Positions 28,601-42,600 of a stretch of DNA of 64,000 bases are shown piece after piece. A program made the position numbers and the translations under genes. This stretch comes from the human T2T-CHM13v2.0 reference genome, Homo sapiens, in NCBI RefSeq assembly GCF_009914755.1, contig NC_060939.1. One strand, 5' to 3'. Below the pieces are notes generated by a model that saw nothing but the letters and a program-made list of their open reading frames with translations, was not told the origin of the DNA and ran no database searches. Each line of letters starts with the position of its first letter. The stretch's first letter is position 1.

Positions 28601-31120
28601 GGACTCCTTTCCATTCGAGTGCATTCCATTCCTTTCCATTTCTTTCCGTTCTGTACGATTCCTACCGTTCGATTTCATTTTGTTCCAGTCCATTCCTTTC
28701 GCGTCCATTCCATTCCATTTCACTCCATTCGATTCCATTCCACTCGATTCCACTTCATTCCATTTCATTGCATTCCATTCTATTCAACTCTATTGCTTTC
28801 ATTCCATTCCATTTGATTACATTCCATGCAATTCCATTCGAAATCGGATCAATTACATTGCAATCCATTACTATTGAGTCCGTTTTATTCCAGTCCACTG
28901 CATTCTGGTCCATTCCATTTGATTCCATTCCATTCTATTCCATTCCATACAGTTGCATTCCATTGGATTCCATGCTATATCTATAAATTCAATTCGAGAC
29001 CATTGCTTTTGAGTCCATTCTATATGATTCCATTCCATTCAAGTCCATTACATTTGGTTCAATTCCATTCCATTCCATTCCCTTCCATTCCATTCCATTT
29101 GATATCAATCCATTCGATTCCATTCCATTCGAGCACATTCCATTCGAGTCCATTCCATTCGATGCCATTCCATTTGATTCTATTCCATTAGTCTCCATTC
29201 AATTCCATTAATCTCCATTCCATTCCATTCTACTCCAACTGATTCCATTCCATTCTATTCCTTTCCATTCCATTTCATTCCATTCCATTCCATTTCATTC
29301 CATTCCATTCCATTCGCGTCCATTCCACTCCAGTCCATTCCATTCGTGTCCATTCCATTCCAGTCCATTCCATTTGTGTCCACTGCATTCCATTCCACTC
29401 CATTCCATATTATTCCATTACACTCCATTCCATTCTATTACTTTCATTTCCATTCAATTCCATTCCATTTGATTCCATTCCACTCGGTTTCATTCCATTT
29501 GAGTCCACTCCATTCCATTCCATTCCATTCCATTCAGTTCCATTCCATTCTGTTCCATTCCATTCCGTTCCATTACATTCCATTCCATTCGGTACCATTC
29601 CATATTGTTCCATTCGATTCCATTCGAATCCATTCCATTCCAGTCCATTCCATTCGATTCCATTCCATTCATTTCAATTCCATTCCATTCCATTCCATTA
29701 CATTCCACTTGATTCCTCTCCATTCCCTTCCACTGCATTCCGTTCGATTCCATTCCATTGCATTGCATTCCATTCCATTGGATTGCATTCCATTCGATTC
29801 CATTCCATTCGAATCAATTACATAGCAATCCATTACATTCGAGTCTATTCTCTTCCGATCCATTCGATTTCGTTCCAATCCATTCGATTCCATTCCATTC
29901 GATTCCATTCCATACTATTGCATTCCATTCGATTACATTATATTCGAATAAGTTCCATTCAAGACCATTTCTTTTGAGTCCATTCTATTTGAGTCCATTC
30001 CCTTTGATTCCATAACATTTGAGTCCATTCAATTCCATTCCTTTCGTTTCCATTCCATTTGATGCCATTCCATTCAATTCTGTTCTACTCGACTCCAATA
30101 CATTCAATTCCATTCCATCCGATTCCATTACATTCTTTTCATTTCTTATCCATTTCAAGCCATTCCACTCCATTCCATTCCACTCGTTTCCTTTCCATTC
30201 GAGTCCATTCCTCTCCAGTCCATTCCGTTCAATCCATTCCATTCCAGTCCATTCCATTCGAGTCCGTTCCATTCCAGTCCATTCCATTCGAGTCAATTCC
30301 ATCCCATTCGATGTCTTTCCATAACGATCCATTCCATTCTATTCCTTTCGATTCCATTCCATTCTATTTCATTCCATTCGATTCCCTTCCATTGGCCTCC
30401 TTTCCATTCGAGTGCATTCCATTCCGTTCCATTTCTTTCCGTTCTGTACGATTCCTACCGTTCGATTTCATTTTGTTCCAGTCCATTCCTTTCGCGTCCA
30501 TTCCATTCCATTTCACTCCATTCGATTCCATTCCACTCGATTCCACTTCGTTCCATTTCATTGCATTCCATTCTATTCAACTCTATTGCCTTCCATTCCA
30601 TTCCATTCGATTACATTCCATGCGATTCCATTCGAAATCGAATCAATTACATTGCAATCCATTACTATTGATTCCATTTTATTCCAGTCCACTGCATTCT
30701 GGTCCATTCCATTTGATTCCATTCCATTCTATTCCATTCCATACAGTTGCATTCCATTGGATTCCATTCTATATCTATAAATTCAATTCGAGACCATTGC
30801 TTTTGAGTCCATTCTATATGATTCCATTCCATTCATTTCCATTACATTTGGTTCAATTCCATTCCATTCCATTCCCTTCCATTCCATTCCAGTTGATATC
30901 AATCCATTCGATTCCATTCCATTCGAGCACATTCCATTCGAGTCCATTCCATTCGATGCCATTCCATTTGATTCTATTCCATTAGTCTCCATTCAATTCC
31001 ATTAATCTCCATTCCATTCCATTCTACTCCAACTGATTCCATTCCATTCTATTCCTTTCCATTCCATTTCATTCCATTCCATTCCATTTCATTCCATTCC
31101 ATTCCATTCCATTCCATTCC
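9540..31120 (+). repeat. Hexameric (6-unit, ~10.78 kb) tandem duplication: ~9540-20330 and ~20330-31120
   Basis: Unit variants recur in the same order at offset 10787 (10314/21101, 12097/22884, 13891/24678, 15685/26472), then 10777 (17489/28266, 19282/30059). GGCC at 10648/21435, 16020/26807, 19617/30394. gatgttttcc at 10565/21352. Confidence 0.9.
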
Positions 31121-33650
31121 ATTCGCTTCCATTCCATTCGTGTCCATTCCATTCCAGTCCATTCCATTTGTGTCCACTGCATTCCATTCCACTCCATTCC
31201 ATATTATTCCATTACACTCCATTCCATTCTATTACTTTCATTTCCATTCAATTCCATTCCATTTGATTCCATTCCACTCGGTTTCATTCCATTTGAGTCC
31301 ACTCCATTCCATTCCATTCCATTCCATTCCATTCAGTTCCATTCCATTCTGTTCCATTCCATTCCGCTCCATTACATTCCATTCCATTCGGTACCATTCC
31401 ATATTGTTCCATTCGATTCCATTCGAATCCATTCCATTCCAGTCCATTCCATTCGATTCCATTCCATTCATTTCAATTCCATTCCATTCCATTCCATTAC
31501 ATTCCACTTGATTCCTCTCCATTCCCTTCCACTGCATTCCGTTCGATTCCATTCCATTGCATTGCATTCCATTCCATTGGATTGCATTCCATTCGATTCC
31601 ATTCCATTCGAATCAATTACATAGCAATCCATTACATTCGAGTCTATTCTATTCCGTTCCATTCGATTTCGTTCCAATCCATTCGATTCCATTCCATTCG
31701 ATTCCCTTCCATACTATTGCATTCCATTCGATTACATTATATTCGAATAAGTTCCATTCAAGACCATTTCTTTTGAGTCCATTCTATTTGAGTCCATTCC
31801 CTTTGATTCCATAACATTTGAGTCCATTCAATTCCATTCCTTTCGTTTCCATTCCATTTGATGCCATTCCATTCAATTCTGTTCTACTCGACTCCAATAC
31901 ATTCAATTCCATTCCATCCGATTCCATTACATTCTTTTCATTTCTTATCCATTTCAAGCCATTCCACTCCATTCCATTCCACTCGTTTCCTTTCCATTCG
32001 AGTCCATTCCTCTCCAGTCCATTCCGTTCAATCCTTTCCATTCCAGTCCATTCCATTCGAGTCCGTTCCATTCCAGTCCATTCCATTCGAGTCAATTCCA
32101 TTCCATTCGATGTCTTTCCATAACGATCCATTCCATTCTATTCCTTTCGATTCCATTCCATTCTATTTCATTCCATTCGATTCCCTTCCATTGGACTCCT
32201 TTCCATTCGAGTGCATTCCATTCCTTTCCATTTCTTTCCGTTCTGTACGATTCCTACCGTTCGATTTCATTTTGTTCCAGTCCATTCCTTTCGCGTCCAT
32301 TCCATTCCATTTCACTCCATTCGATTCCATTCCACTCGATTCCACTTCATTCCATTTCATTGCATTCCATTCTATTCAACTCTATTGCTTTCATTCCATT
32401 CCATTTGATTACATTCCATGCAATTCCATTCGAAATCGGATCAATTACATTGCAATCCATTACTATTGAGTCCGTTTTATTCCAGTCCACTGCATTCTGG
32501 TCCATTCCATTTGATTCCATTCCATTCTATTCCATTCCATACAGTTGCATTCCATTGGATTCCATGCTATATCTATAAATTCAATTCGAGACCATTGCTT
32601 TTGAGTCCATTCTATATGATTCCATTCCATTCAAGTCCATTACATTTGGTTCAATTCCATTCCATTCCATTCCCTTCCATTCCATTCCATTTGATATCAA
32701 TCCATTCGATTCCATTCCATTCGAGCACATTCCATTCGAGTCCATTCCATTCGATGCCATTCCATTTGATTCTATTCCATTAGTCTCCATTCAATTCCAT
32801 TAATCTCCATTCCATTCCATTCTACTCCAACTGATTCCATTCCATTCTATTCCTTTCCATTCCATTTCATTCCATTCCATTCCATTTCATTCCATTCCAT
32901 TCCATTCGCGTCCATTCCACTCCAGTCCATTCCATTCGTGTCCATTCCATTCCAGTCCATTCCATTTGTGTCCACTGCATTCCATTCCACTCCATTCCAT
33001 ATTATTCCATTACACTCCATTCCATTCTATTACTTTCATTTCCATTCAATTCCATTCCATTTGATTCCATTCCACTCGGTTTCATTCCATTTGAGTCCAC
33101 TCCATTCCATTCCATTCCATTCCATTCAGTTCCATTCCATTCTGTTCCATTCCATTCCGTTCCATTACATTCCATTCCATTCGGTACCATTCCATATTGT
33201 TCCATTCGATTCCATTCGAATCCATTCCATTCCAGTCCATTCCATTCGATTCCATTCCATTCATTTCAATTCCATTCCATTCCATTCCATTACATTCCAC
33301 TTGATTCCTCTCCATTCCCTTCCACTGCATTCCGTTCGATTCCATTCCATTGCATTGCATTCCATTCCATTGGATTGCATTCCATTCGATTCCATTCCAT
33401 TCGAATCAATTACATAGCAATCCATTACATTCGAGTCTATTCTCTTCCGATCCATTCGATTTCGTTCCAATCCATTCGATTCCATTCCATTCGATTCCAT
33501 TCCATACTATTGCATTCCATTCGATTACATTATATTCGAATAAGTTCCATTCAAGACCATTTCTTTTGAGTCCATTCTATTTGAGTCCATTCCCTTTGAT
33601 TCCATAACATTTGAGTCCATTCAATTCCATTCCTTTCGTTTCCATTCCAT
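26470..33650 (+). repeat. Dimeric (~3590 bp) A-B-A-B duplication overlapping the end of the hexamer copy
   Basis: GGCC/catccc units at 26472 and 30059 alternate with 1-bp-deletion/aaatcggatc units at 28266 and 31858. Shared ccgctcc (~27772/~31364) and gattcccttccatac (~28108/~31700). Confidence 0.85.
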
Positions 33651-36600
33651 TTGATGCCATTCCATTCAATTCTGTTCTACTCGACTCCAATACATTCAAT
33701 TCCATTCCATCCGATTCCATTACATTCTTTTCATTTCTTATCCATTTCAAGCCATTCCACTCCATTCCATTCCACTCGTTTCCTTTCCATTCGAGTCCAT
33801 TCCTCTCCAGTCCATTCCGTTCAATCCATTCCATTCCAGTCCATTCCATTCGAGTCCGTTCCATTCCAGTCCATTCCATTCGAGTCAATTCCATTCCATT
33901 CGATGTCTTTCCATAACGATCCATTCCATTCTATTCCTTTCGATTCCATTCCATTCTATTTCATTCCATTCGATTCCCTTCCATTGGACTCCTTTCCATT
34001 CGAGTGCATTCCATTCCGTTCCATTTCTTTCCGTTCTGTACGATTCCTACCGTTCGATTTCATTTTGTTCCAGTCCATTCCTTTCGCGTCCATTCCATTC
34101 CATTTCACTACATTCGATTCCATTCCATTCGATTCCATTCTACTCGATTCCACTTCGTTCCATTTCATTGCATTCCATTCTATTCAACTCTATTGCCTTC
34201 CATTCCATTCCATTCGATTACATTCCATGCGATTCCATTCGAAATCGAATCAATTACATTGCAATCCATTACTATTGAGTCCGTTTTATTCCAGTCCACT
34301 GCTTTCTGGTCCATTCCATTTGATTCCATTCCATTCTATTCCATTCCATACAGTTGCATTCCATTGGATTCCATGCTATATCTATAAATTCAATTCGAGA
34401 CCATTGCTTTTGAGTCCATTCTATATGATTCCATTCCATTCAAGTCCATTACATTTGGTTCAATTCCATTCCATTCCATTCCCTTCCATTACATTCCATT
34501 TGATATCAATCCATTCGATTCCATTCCATTCGAGCACATTCCATTCGAGTCCATTCCATTCGATGCCATTCCATTTGATTCTATTCCATTAGTCTCCATT
34601 CAATTCCATTAATCTCCATTCCATTCCATTCTACTCCAACTGATTCCATTTCATTCTATTCCTTTCCATTCCATTTCATTCCATTCCATTCCATTCGTGT
34701 CCATTCCACTCCAGTCCATTCCATTCGTGTCCATTCCATTCCAGTCCATTCCATTTGTGTCCACTGCATTCCATTCCACTCCATTCCATATTATTCCATT
34801 AGACTCCATTCCATTCTATTACTTTCATTTCCATTCAATTCCATTCCATTTGATTCCATTCCACTCGGTTTCATTCCATTTGAGTCCACTCCATTCCATT
34901 CCATTCCATTCCATTCAGTTCCATTCCATTCTGTTCCATTCCATTCCGTTCCATTACATTCCATTCCATTCGGTACCATTCCATATTGTTCCATTCGATT
35001 CCATTCGAATCCATTCCATTCCAGTCCATTCCATTCGATTCCATTCCATTCATTTCAATTCCATTCCATTCCATTCCATTACATTCCACTTGATTCCTCT
35101 CCATTCCCTTCCACTGCATTCCGTTCGATTCCATTCCATCGCATTGCATTCCATTCCATTGGATTGCATTCCTTTCGATTCCATTCCATTCGAATCAATT
35201 ACATAGCAATCCATTACATTCGAGTCTATTCTCTTCCGTTCCATTCGATTTCGTTCCAATCCATTCGATTCCATTCCATTCGATTCCATTCCATACTATT
35301 GCATTCCATTCGATTACATTATATTCGAATAAGTTCCATTCAAGACCATTTCTTTTGAGTCCATTCTATTTGAGTCCATTCCCTTTGATTCCATAACATT
35401 TGAGTCCATTCAATTCCATTCCTTTCGTTTCCATTCCATTTGATGCCATTCCATTCAATTCTGTTCTACTCGACTCCAATACATTCAATTCCATTCCATC
35501 CGATTCCATTACATTCTTTTCATTTCTTATCCATTTCAAGCCATTCCACTCCATTCCATTCCACTCGTTTCCTTTCCATTCGAGTCCATTCCTCTCCAGT
35601 CCATTCCGTTCAATCCATTCCATTCCAGTCCATTCCATTCGAGTCCGTTCCATTCCAGTCCATTCCATTCGAGTCAATTCCATCCCATTCGATGTCTTTC
35701 CATAACGATCCATTCCATTCTATTCCTTTTGATTCCATTCCATTCTATTTCATTCCATTCGATTCCCTTCCATTGGACTCCTTTCCATTCGAGTGCATTC
35801 CATTCCGTTCCATTTCTTTCCGTTCTGTACGATTCCTACCGTTCGATTTCATTTTGTTCCAGTCCATTCCTTTCGCGTCCATTCCATTCCATTTCACTCC
35901 ATTCGATTCCATTCCACTCGATTCCACTTCGTTCCATTTCATTGCATTCCATTCTATTCAACTCTATTGCCTTCCATTCCATTCCATTCGATTACATTCC
36001 ATGCGATTCCATTCGAAATCGAATCAATTACATTGCAATCCATTACTATTGAGTCCGTTTTATTCCAGTCCACTGCATTCTGGTCCATTCCATTTGATTC
36101 CATTCCATTCTATTCCATTCCATACAGTTGCATTCCATTGGATTCCATGCTATATCTATAAATTCAATTCGAGACCATTGCTTTTGAGTCCATTCTATAT
36201 GATTCCATTCCATTCAAGTCCATTACATTTGGTTCAATTCCATTCCATTCCATTCCCTTCCATTCCATTCCATTTGATATCAATCCATTCGTTTCCATTC
36301 CATTCGAGCACATTCCATTCCACTCCATTCCATTCGATGCCATTCCATTTGATTCTATTCCATTAGTCTCCATTCAATTCCATTAATCTCCATTCCATTC
36401 CATTCTACTCCAACTGATTCCATTTCATTCTATTCCTTTCCATTCCATTTCATTCCATTCCATTCCATTCGTGTCCATTCCACTCCAGTCCATTCCATTC
36501 GTGTCCATTCCATTCCAGTCCATTCCATTTGTGTCCACTGCATTCCATTCCACTCCATTCCATATTATTCCATTACACTCCATTCCATTCTATTACTTTC

Positions 36601-39600
36601 ATTTCCATTCAATTCCATTCCATTTGATTCCATTCCACTCGGTTTCATTCCATTTGAGTCCACTCCATTCCATTCCATTCCATTCCATTCAGTTCCATTC
36701 CATTCTGTTCCATTCCATTCCATTCCATTACATTCCATTCCATTCGGTACCATTCCATATTGTTCCATTCGATTCCATTCGAATCCATTCCATTCCAGTC
36801 CATTCCATTCGATTCCATTCCATTCATTTCAATTCCATTCCATTCCATTCCATTCCATTCCACTTGATCCCTCTCCATTCCCTTCCACTGCATTCCGTTC
36901 GATTCCATTCCATTGCATTGCATTCCATTCCATTGGATTGCATTCCATTCCATTCCATTCCATTCGAATCAATTACATAGCAATCCATTACATTCGAGTC
37001 TATTCTATTCCGTTCCATTCGATTTCGTTCCAATCCATTCGATTCCATTCCATTCGATTCCATTCCATACTATTGCATTCCATTCGATTAGATTATATTC
37101 GAATAAGTTCCATTCAAGACCATTTCTTTTGAGTCCATTCTATTTGAGTCCATTCCCTTTGATTCCATAACATTTGAGTCCATTCAATTCCATTCCTTTC
37201 GTTTCCATTCCATTTGATGCCATTCCATTCAATTCTGTTCTACTCGACTCCAATACATTCAATTCCATTCCATCCGATTCCATTACATTCTTTTCATTTC
37301 TTATCCATTTCAAGCCATTCCACTCCATTCCATTCCACTCGTTTCCTTTCCATTCGAGTCCATTCCTCTCCAGTCCATTCCGTTCAATCCATTCCATTCC
37401 AGTCCATTCCATTCGAGTCCGTTCCATTCCAGTCCATTCCATTCGAGTCAATTCCATTCCACTCGATGTCTTTCCATAACGATCCATTCCATTCTATTCC
37501 TTTCGATTCCATTCCATTCTATTTCATTCCATTCGATTCCCTTCCATTGGACTCCTTTCCATTCGAGTGCATTCCATTCCTTTCCATTTCTTTCCGTTCT
37601 GTACGATTCCTACCGTTCGATTTCATTTTGTTGCAGTCCATTCCTTTCGCGTCCATTCCATTCCATTTCACTACATTCGATTCCATTCCATTCGATTCCA
37701 TTCTACTCGATTCCACTTCGTTCCATTTCATTGCATTCCATTCTATTCAACTCTATTGCCTTCCATTCCATTCCATTCGATTACATTCCATGCGATTCCA
37801 TTCGAAATCGAATCAATTACATTGCAATCCATTACTATTGAGTCCGTTTTATTCCAGTCCACTGCATTCTGGTCCATTCCATTTGATTCCATTCCATTCT
37901 ATTCCATTCCATACAGTTGCATTCCATTGGATTCCATGCTATATGTATAAATTCAATTCGAGACCATTGCTTTTGAGTCCATTCTATATGATTCCATTCC
38001 ATTCAAGTCCATTACATTTGGTTCAATTCCATTCCATTCCATTCCCTTCCATTCCATTCCATTTGATATCAATCCATTCGATTCCATTCCATTCGAGCAC
38101 ATTCCATTCGAGTCCATTCCATTCGATGCCATTCCATTTGATTCTATTCCATTAGTCTCCATTCAATTCCATTAATCTCCATTCCATTCCATTCTACTCC
38201 AACTGATTCCATTCCATTCTATTCCTTTCCAATCCATTTCATTCCATTCCATTCCATTTCATTCCATTCCATTCCATTCGTGTCCATTCCACTCCAGTCC
38301 ATTCCATTCGTGTCCATTCCATTCCAGTCCATTCCATTTGTGTCCACTGCATTCCATTCCACTCCATTCCATATTATTCCATTACACTCCATTCCATTCT
38401 ATTACTTTCATTTCCATTCAATTCCATTCCATTTGATTCCATTCCACTCGGTTTCATTCCATTTGAGTCCACTCCATTCCATTCCATTCCATTCCATTCA
38501 GTTCCATTCCATTCTGTTCCATTCCATTCCGTTCCATTACATTCCATTCCATTCGGTACCATTCCATATTGTTCCATTCGATTCCATTCGAATCCATTCC
38601 ATTCCAGTCCATTCCATTCGATTCCATTCCATTCATTTCAATTCCATTCCATTCCATTCCATTACATTCCACTTGATTCCTCTCCATTCCCTTCCACTGC
38701 ATTCCGTTCGATTCCATTCCATTGCATTGCATTCCATTCCATTGGATTGCATTCCATTCGATTCCATTCCATTCGAATCAATTACATAGCAATCCATTAC
38801 ATTCGAGTCTATTCTATTCCGTTCCATTCGATTTCGTTCCAATCCATTCGATTCCATTCCATTCGATTCCATTCCATACTATTGCATTCCATTCGATTAC
38901 ATTATATTCGAATAAGTTCCATTCAAGACCATTTCTTTTGAGTCCATTCTATTTGAGTCCATTCCCTTTGATTCCATAACATTTGAGTCCATTCAATTCC
39001 ATTCCTTTCGTTTCCATTCCATTTGATGCCATTCCATTCAATTCTGTTCTACTCGACTCCAATACATTCAATTCCATTCCATCCGATTCCATTACATTCT
39101 TTTCATTTCTTATCCATTTCAAGCCATTCCACTCCATTCCATTCCACTCGTTTCCTTTCCATTCGAGTCCATTCCTCTCCAGTCCATTCCGTTCAATCCA
39201 TTCCATTCCAGTCCATTCCATTCGAGTCCGTTCCATTCCAGTCCATTCCATTCGAGTCAATTCCATTCCATTCGATGTCTTTCCATAACGATCCATTCCA
39301 TTCTATTCCTTTCGATTCCATTCCATTCTATTTCATTCCATTCGATTCCCTTCCATTGGACTCCTTTCCATTCGAGTGCATTCCATTCCTTTCCATTTCT
39401 TTCCGTTCTGTACGATTCCTACCGTTCGATTTCATTTTGTTCCAGTCCATTCCTTTCGCGTCCATTCCATTCCATTTCACTCCATTCGATTCCATTCCAC
39501 TCGATTCCACTTCGTTCCATTTCATTGCATTCCATTCTATTCAACTCTATTGCCTTCCATTCCATTCCATTCAATTACATTCCATGCGATTCCATTCGAA

Positions 39601-42600
39601 ATCGAATCAATTACATTGCAATCCATTACTATTGAGTCCGTTTTATTCCAGTCCACTGCATTCTGGTCCATTCCATTTGATTCCATTCCATTCTATTCCA
39701 TTCCATACAGTTGCATTCCATTGGATTCCATGCTATATCTATAAATTCAATTCGAGACCATTGCTTTTGAGTCCATTCTATATGATTCCATTCCATTCAA
39801 GTCCATTACATTTGGTTCAATTCCATTCCATTCCATTCCCTTCCATTCCATTCCATTTGATATCAATCCATTCGATTCCATTCCATTCGAGCACATTCCA
39901 TTCGAGTCCATTCCATTCGATGCCATTCCATTTGATTCTATTCCATTAGTCTCCATTCAATTCCATTAATCTCCATTCCATTCCATTCTACTCCAACTGA
40001 TTCCATTCCATTCTATTCCTTTCCATTCCATTTCATTCCATTCCATTCCATTTCATTCCATTCCATTCCATTCGTGTCCATTCCACTCCAGTCCATTCCA
40101 TTCGTGTCCATTCCATTCCAGTCCATTCCATTTGTGTCCACTGCATTCCATTCCACTCCATTCCATATTATTCCATTACACTCCATTCCATTCTATTACT
40201 TTCATTTCCATTCAATTCCATTCCATTTGATTCCATTCCACTCGGTTTCATTCCAATTGAGTCCACTCCATTCCATTCCATTCCATTCCATTCAGTTCCA
40301 TTCCATTCTGTTCCATTCCATTCCGTTCCATTACATTCCATTCCATTCGGTACAATTCCATATTGTTCCATTCGATTCCATTCGAATCCATTCCATTCCA
40401 GTCCATTCCATTCGATTCCATTCCATTCATTTCAATTCCATTCCATTCCATTCCATTACATTCCACTTGATTCCTCTCCATTCCCTTCCACTGCATTCCG
40501 TTCGATTCCATTCCATTGCATTGCATTCCATTCCATTGGATTGCATTCCATTCGATTCCATTCCATTCGAATCAATTACATAGCAATCCATTACATTCGA
40601 GTCTATTCTATTCCGTTCCATTCGATTTCGTTCCAATCCATTCGATTCCATTCCATTCGATTCCATTCCATACTATTGCATTCCATTCGATTACATTATA
40701 TTCGAATAAGTTCCATTCAAGACCATTTCTTTTGAGTCCATTCTATTTGAGTCCATTCCCTTTGATTCCATAACATTTGAGTCCATTCAATTCCATTCCT
40801 TTCGTTTCCATTCCATTTGATGCCATTCCATTCAATTCTGTTCTACTCGACTCCAATACATTCAATTCCATTCCATCCGATTCCATTACATTCTTTTCAT
40901 TTCTTATCCATTTCAAGCCATTCCACTCCATTCCATTCCACTCGTTTCCTTTCCATTCGAGTCCATTCCTCTCCAGTCCATTCCGTTCAATCCATTCCAT
41001 TCCAGTCCATTCCATTCGAGTCCGTTCCATTCCAGTCCATTCCATTCGAGTCAATTCCATCCCATTCGATGTCTTTCCATAACGATCCATTCCATTCTAT
41101 TCCTTTCGATTCCATTCCATTCTATTTCATTCCATTCGATTCCCTTCCATTGGCCTCCTTTCCATTCGAGTGCATTCCATTCCGTTCCATTTCTTTCCGT
41201 TCTGTACGATTCCTACCGTTCGATTTCATTTTGTTCCAGTCCATTCCTTTCGCGTCCATTCCATTCCATTTCACTCCATTCGATTCCATTCCACTCGATT
41301 CCACTTCGTTCCATTTCATTGCATTCCATTCTATTCAACTCTATTGCCTTCCATTCCATTCCATTCGATTACATTCCATGCGATTCCATTCGAAATCGAA
41401 TCAATTACATTGCAATCCATTACTATTGATTCCATTTTATTCCAGTCCACTGCATTCTGGTCCATTCCATTTGATTCCATTCCATTCTATTCCATTCCAT
41501 ACAGTTGCATTCCACTGGATTCCATTCTATATCTATAAATTCAATTCGAGACCATTGCTTTTGAGTCCATTCTATATGATTCCATTCCATTCATTTCCAT
41601 TACATTTGGTTCAATTCCATTCCATTCCATTCCCTTCCATTCCATTCCAGTTGATATCAATCCATTCGATTCCATTCCATTCGAGCACATTCCATTCGAG
41701 TCCATTCCATTCGATGCCATTCCATTTGATTCTATTCCATTAGTCTCCATTCAATTCCATTAATCTCCATTCCATTCCATTCTACTCCAACTGATTCCAT
41801 TCCATTCTATTCCTTTCCATTCCATTTCATTCCATTCCATTCCATTTCATTCCATTCCATTCCATTCCATTCCATTCCATTCGCTTCCATTCCATTCGTG
41901 TCCATTCCATTCCAGTCCATTCCATTTGTGTCCACTGCATTCCATTCCACTCCATTCCATATTATTCCATTACACTCCATTCCATTCTATTACTTTCATT
42001 TCCATTCAATTCCATTCCATTTGATTCCATTCCACTCGGTTTCATTCCATTTGAGTCCACTCCATTCCATTCCATTCCATTCCATTCAGTTCCATTCCAT
42101 TCTGTTCCATTCCATTCCGTTCCATTACATTCCATTCCATTCGGTACCATTCCATATTGTTCCATTCGATTCCATTCGAATCCATTCCATTCCAGTCCAT
42201 TCCATTCGATTCCATTCCATTCATTTCAATTCCATTCCATTCCATTCCATTACATTCCACTTGATTCCTCTCCATTCCCTTCCACTGCATTCCGTTCGAT
42301 TCCATTCCATTGCATTGCATTCCATTCCATTGGATTGCATTCCATTCGATTCCATTCCATTCGAATCAATTACATAGCAATCCATTACATTCGAGTCTAT
42401 TCTCTTCCGATCCATTCGATTTCGTTCCAATCCATTCGATTCCATTCCATTCGATTCCATTCCATACTATTGCATTCCATTCGATTACATTATATTCGAA
42501 TAAGTTCCATTCAAGACCATTTCTTTTGAGTCCATTCTATTTGAGTCCATTCCCTTTGATTCCATAACATTTGAGTCCATTCAATTCCATTCCTTTCGTT

